64,000 bases of DNA, taken from positions 189,365 to 253,364 of the forward strand of contig JAEWXG010000012.1 in assembly GCA_023396095.1 (NCBI GenBank), given 5' to 3'. Below are positions 62,085 to 64,000 of this stretch, in pieces. Each line of letters begins with the position of its first letter. Position 1 is the stretch's first letter. The notes below the pieces were generated by a model. That model was not told the DNA's origin. It saw only the letters and a list, made by a program, of their open reading frames with translations, and ran no database searches. The translations under genes were made by a program, and so were the position numbers. The stretch comes from Bacillota bacterium (GTDB taxonomy: Bacteria; Bacillota; Clostridia; Christensenellales; UBA3700).

Positions 62085-64000
62085 TATTTCACTTTATCCA
62101 ACTTCCATATCCTTTCTGCATATTCTTCAATACTTCTATCCGATGAGAAGAATCCGGAATTTGCTATATTCATAAGAGACATTCTATAAAATCTTTCCTT
62201 ATCTCTATAAATATCATTAATTCTTTCTTGAGCATTTCTATATGATTCAAAATCTGCAAGAACCATATAAGGATCCGGCTGAGAAAAATTAGCTCCTACT
62301 AAAAGTGAATCCGCAATTTCTGTAAATTTATGTCCTGCAATTCCATTTCTCAAATCTTGAATGATATTTTGAATATACTTATTATCATTATAAAAATATG
62401 TTGGATGATATCCGTCTCTATATAATTTTTCAACTTCCTCGACAAGCATACCAAATATAACTATATTTTCATCGCCTACTAATTCAGATATTTCAACATT
62501 TGCCCCATCCATAGTACCTAGAGTAATAGCACCATTTGCCATAAACTTCATATTTCCAGTTCCTGATGCCTCCTTACCTGCTATAGAAATTTGTTCAGAT
62601 ATGTCTGATCCAGGAATAATAAGCTCTGATAAAGATATTCTATAATTTTCCAAAAATACCACTTTAATCATTCCATTAACGTCCGGATCATTGTTTATCA
62701 TGTCTCCTAACTTGCAAATAAACCTAATAATCTGTTTTGCCATGTAATAACTTGCAGCAGCCTTAGCCCCAAATATAAATGTTCTAGGCTCAATTTTAAA
62801 TGTTCTATCCTCTTTAATTCTTCTATATAAGTATAATATATGTATTGCATTTAATAATTGTCTCTTATATTCATGAAGTCTCTTGATTTGAACGTCAAAA
62901 ATTGAATCAGGATTTACCACAACACCATTGCTATCAAAAATATACTTTGCTAAACGCTCTTTATTCTTGTGCTTAATTTCACCTAATCTATTTAAAACGG
63001 AAAGATTTCCTTTAAACTGCTCTAAATCCTTAAGCTTCATTGCATCTTTCAAATATGAATCCCCAATCAAATCTTGAATAAAGTTATCCAACAAAGGATT
63101 TGCTTGAGCAATCCATCTTCTATATGTAATGCCATTTGTTACATTATCAAACTTTTCTGGGAATATATTGTAATAATCCTTAAATATATCGTGCTTTAAA
63201 ATTTCTGAATGCAATGCCGATACTCCATTAACCTTGTATGATGCAGCCAAACATATATTTGCCATTTTTACTTGATTATCAGACAATATAGCGTTATAAG
63301 CAACTTTATTCCCGTCCCCAGGATATTTGCCCCATAACAATCCACATAATCTTCTGTTTATTTCTTCGACTATTTGATATATTCTAGGTAACAATCTTTG
63401 GAATAAATCAAGTGGCCACTTCTCTAAAGCTTCAGCCATAACTGTATGATTTGTATATGAAATAGTTTCGCAAACTATTTTCCATGCGCTGTCCCAATCA
63501 TATTCATATTCATCTAATAATATTCTCATTAACTCAGGAATACATAATGTTGGATGTGTATCATTAATATGAATTGCAACCTTTTCTCCTAAATTATCTA
63601 ATGACTTATTAGCTTTTAAGTGATGTGCCACAATTGACTGCACAGAAGCGGAAACAAAGAAATATTGTTGTTTTAATCTTAATGACTTTCCCTCTATGTG
63701 ATTATCCGCAGGATATAATACTTTTGATATTGACTCTGCCATTGCTTTGTTTTGTAGAGATTGAACATATTGTCCTGTTGAAAATAACTGTAAATCAAAA
63801 TCTTGTGATGATACAGGATGCCATAATCTTAATCTATTTACAGAAGATGTATTAAACCCTGAAATATTCATATCATATGGTTGAGCAATAATCACATCTG
63901 CATTAACGTGATTAATTTTCAATTTACCATTGTCCCAATATTGCTCTACTTTTCCACCAAACTTTACTTTAAATGAATCACTTAATCTTTGATTTAGCCA
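62084..64000 (-). CDS. glgP: Glycogen/maltodextrin phosphorylase, C-terminal ~640 codons; the N-terminus lies beyond the right edge
   Basis: PLP site EASGTGNMKFMANGA. The frame stays open from 63922 to nt 64000 (WLNQRLSDSFKVKFGGKVEQYWDNGKL...). The track start is an internal TTG. Confidence 0.93.
   Translation of the reverse strand, partial: WLNQRLSDSFKVKFGGKVEQYWDNGKLKINHVNADVIIAQPYDMNISGFNTSSVNRLRLWHPVSSQDFDLQLFSTGQYVQSLQNKAMAESISKVLYPADNHIEGKSLRLKQQYFFVSASVQSIVAHHLKANKSLDNLGEKVAIHINDTHPTLCIPELMRILLDEYEYDWDSAWKIVCETISYTNHTVMAEALEKWPLDLFQRLLPRIYQIVEEINRRLCGLLWGKYPGDGNKVAYNAILSDNQVKMANICLAASYKVNGVSALHSEILKHDIFKDYYNIFPEKFDNVTNGITYRRWIAQANPLLDNFIQDLIGDSYLKDAMKLKDLEQFKGNLSVLNRLGEIKHKNKERLAKYIFDSNGVVVNPDSIFDVQIKRLHEYKRQLLNAIHILYLYRRIKEDRTFKIEPRTFIFGAKAAASYYMAKQIIRFICKLGDMINNDPDVNGMIKVVFLENYRISLSELIIPGSDISEQISIAGKEASGTGNMKFMANGAITLGTMDGANVEISELVGDENIVIFGMLVEEVEKLYRDGYHPTYFYNDNKYIQNIIQDLRNGIAGHKFTEIADSLLVGANFSQPDPYMVLADFESYRNAQERINDIYRDKERFYRMSLMNIANSGFFSSDRSIEEYAERIWKLDKVK

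Overview
This 64-kb window comes from a low-GC chromosome. My hand counts of single 60-nt lines in core genes gave about 12-20 G+C. The organism looks like an anaerobic Bacillota (Firmicutes/Mollicutes-like) bacterium using the standard genetic code: RF2 is present and TGA is used as a stop, for example in serS. I cannot assign taxonomy more precisely.

Roughly 58 kb (5.8-64 kb) is densely packed core genome with Bacillus-like synteny and no interrupted genes:
- guaA-guaB, a GH3 beta-glucosidase, a perR-like gene plus a mini-rubredoxin, glmM, trxB
- rplM-rpsI, truA, ecfA1-ecfA2-ecfT, pyruvate:ferredoxin oxidoreductase, ispE
- the str operon (L7Ae-like, rpsL, rpsG, fusA, tuf), a GT2 glycosyltransferase plus acyltransferase, tsaD, prfB
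- a Zn ABC transporter, ferredoxin, the yaaT-holB-tmk-decarboxylase cluster, a second divergent EF-G
- metA-metY, smpB-rnr-secG, leuS-serS, a DUF1846 plus Prs-like pair, rho, GH13, and a glycogen phosphorylase that is partial at the right edge

The left 5.7 kb is the accessory part. It is a compositionally mosaic island lying against the 3' end of guaA. It carries one co-directional cassette: XRE-HTH, then an ORF6N/PLD-like protein, then Type III mod, then Type III res. A divergent GNAT gene sits beside it.

The island carries three, possibly four, frame disruptions. The clearest is an A8 homopolymer that splits mod exactly where A7 would restore the frame. That is either a phase-variable switch or gene decay.

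Other points worth a second look:
- The ORF6N protein has a degenerate PLD-like HxRx4D signature and sits inside the R-M operon.
- The GuaA glutaminase domain lacks its catalytic Cys.
- The EF-G paralog lacks the catalytic His and the NKxD Lys.
- A perfect 7-1-7 Fur-family box overlaps the perR promoter.
- Two small ORFs missed by the track: a 37-aa rubredoxin-like protein and a 56-aa ferredoxin.
- A promoter-hairpin-terminator leader precedes a DUF4234 membrane protein.
- A double zinc-ribbon protein with a poly-acidic tail is coupled to ispE.

I found no rRNA, tRNA, CRISPR array, IS element or integrase in the window.
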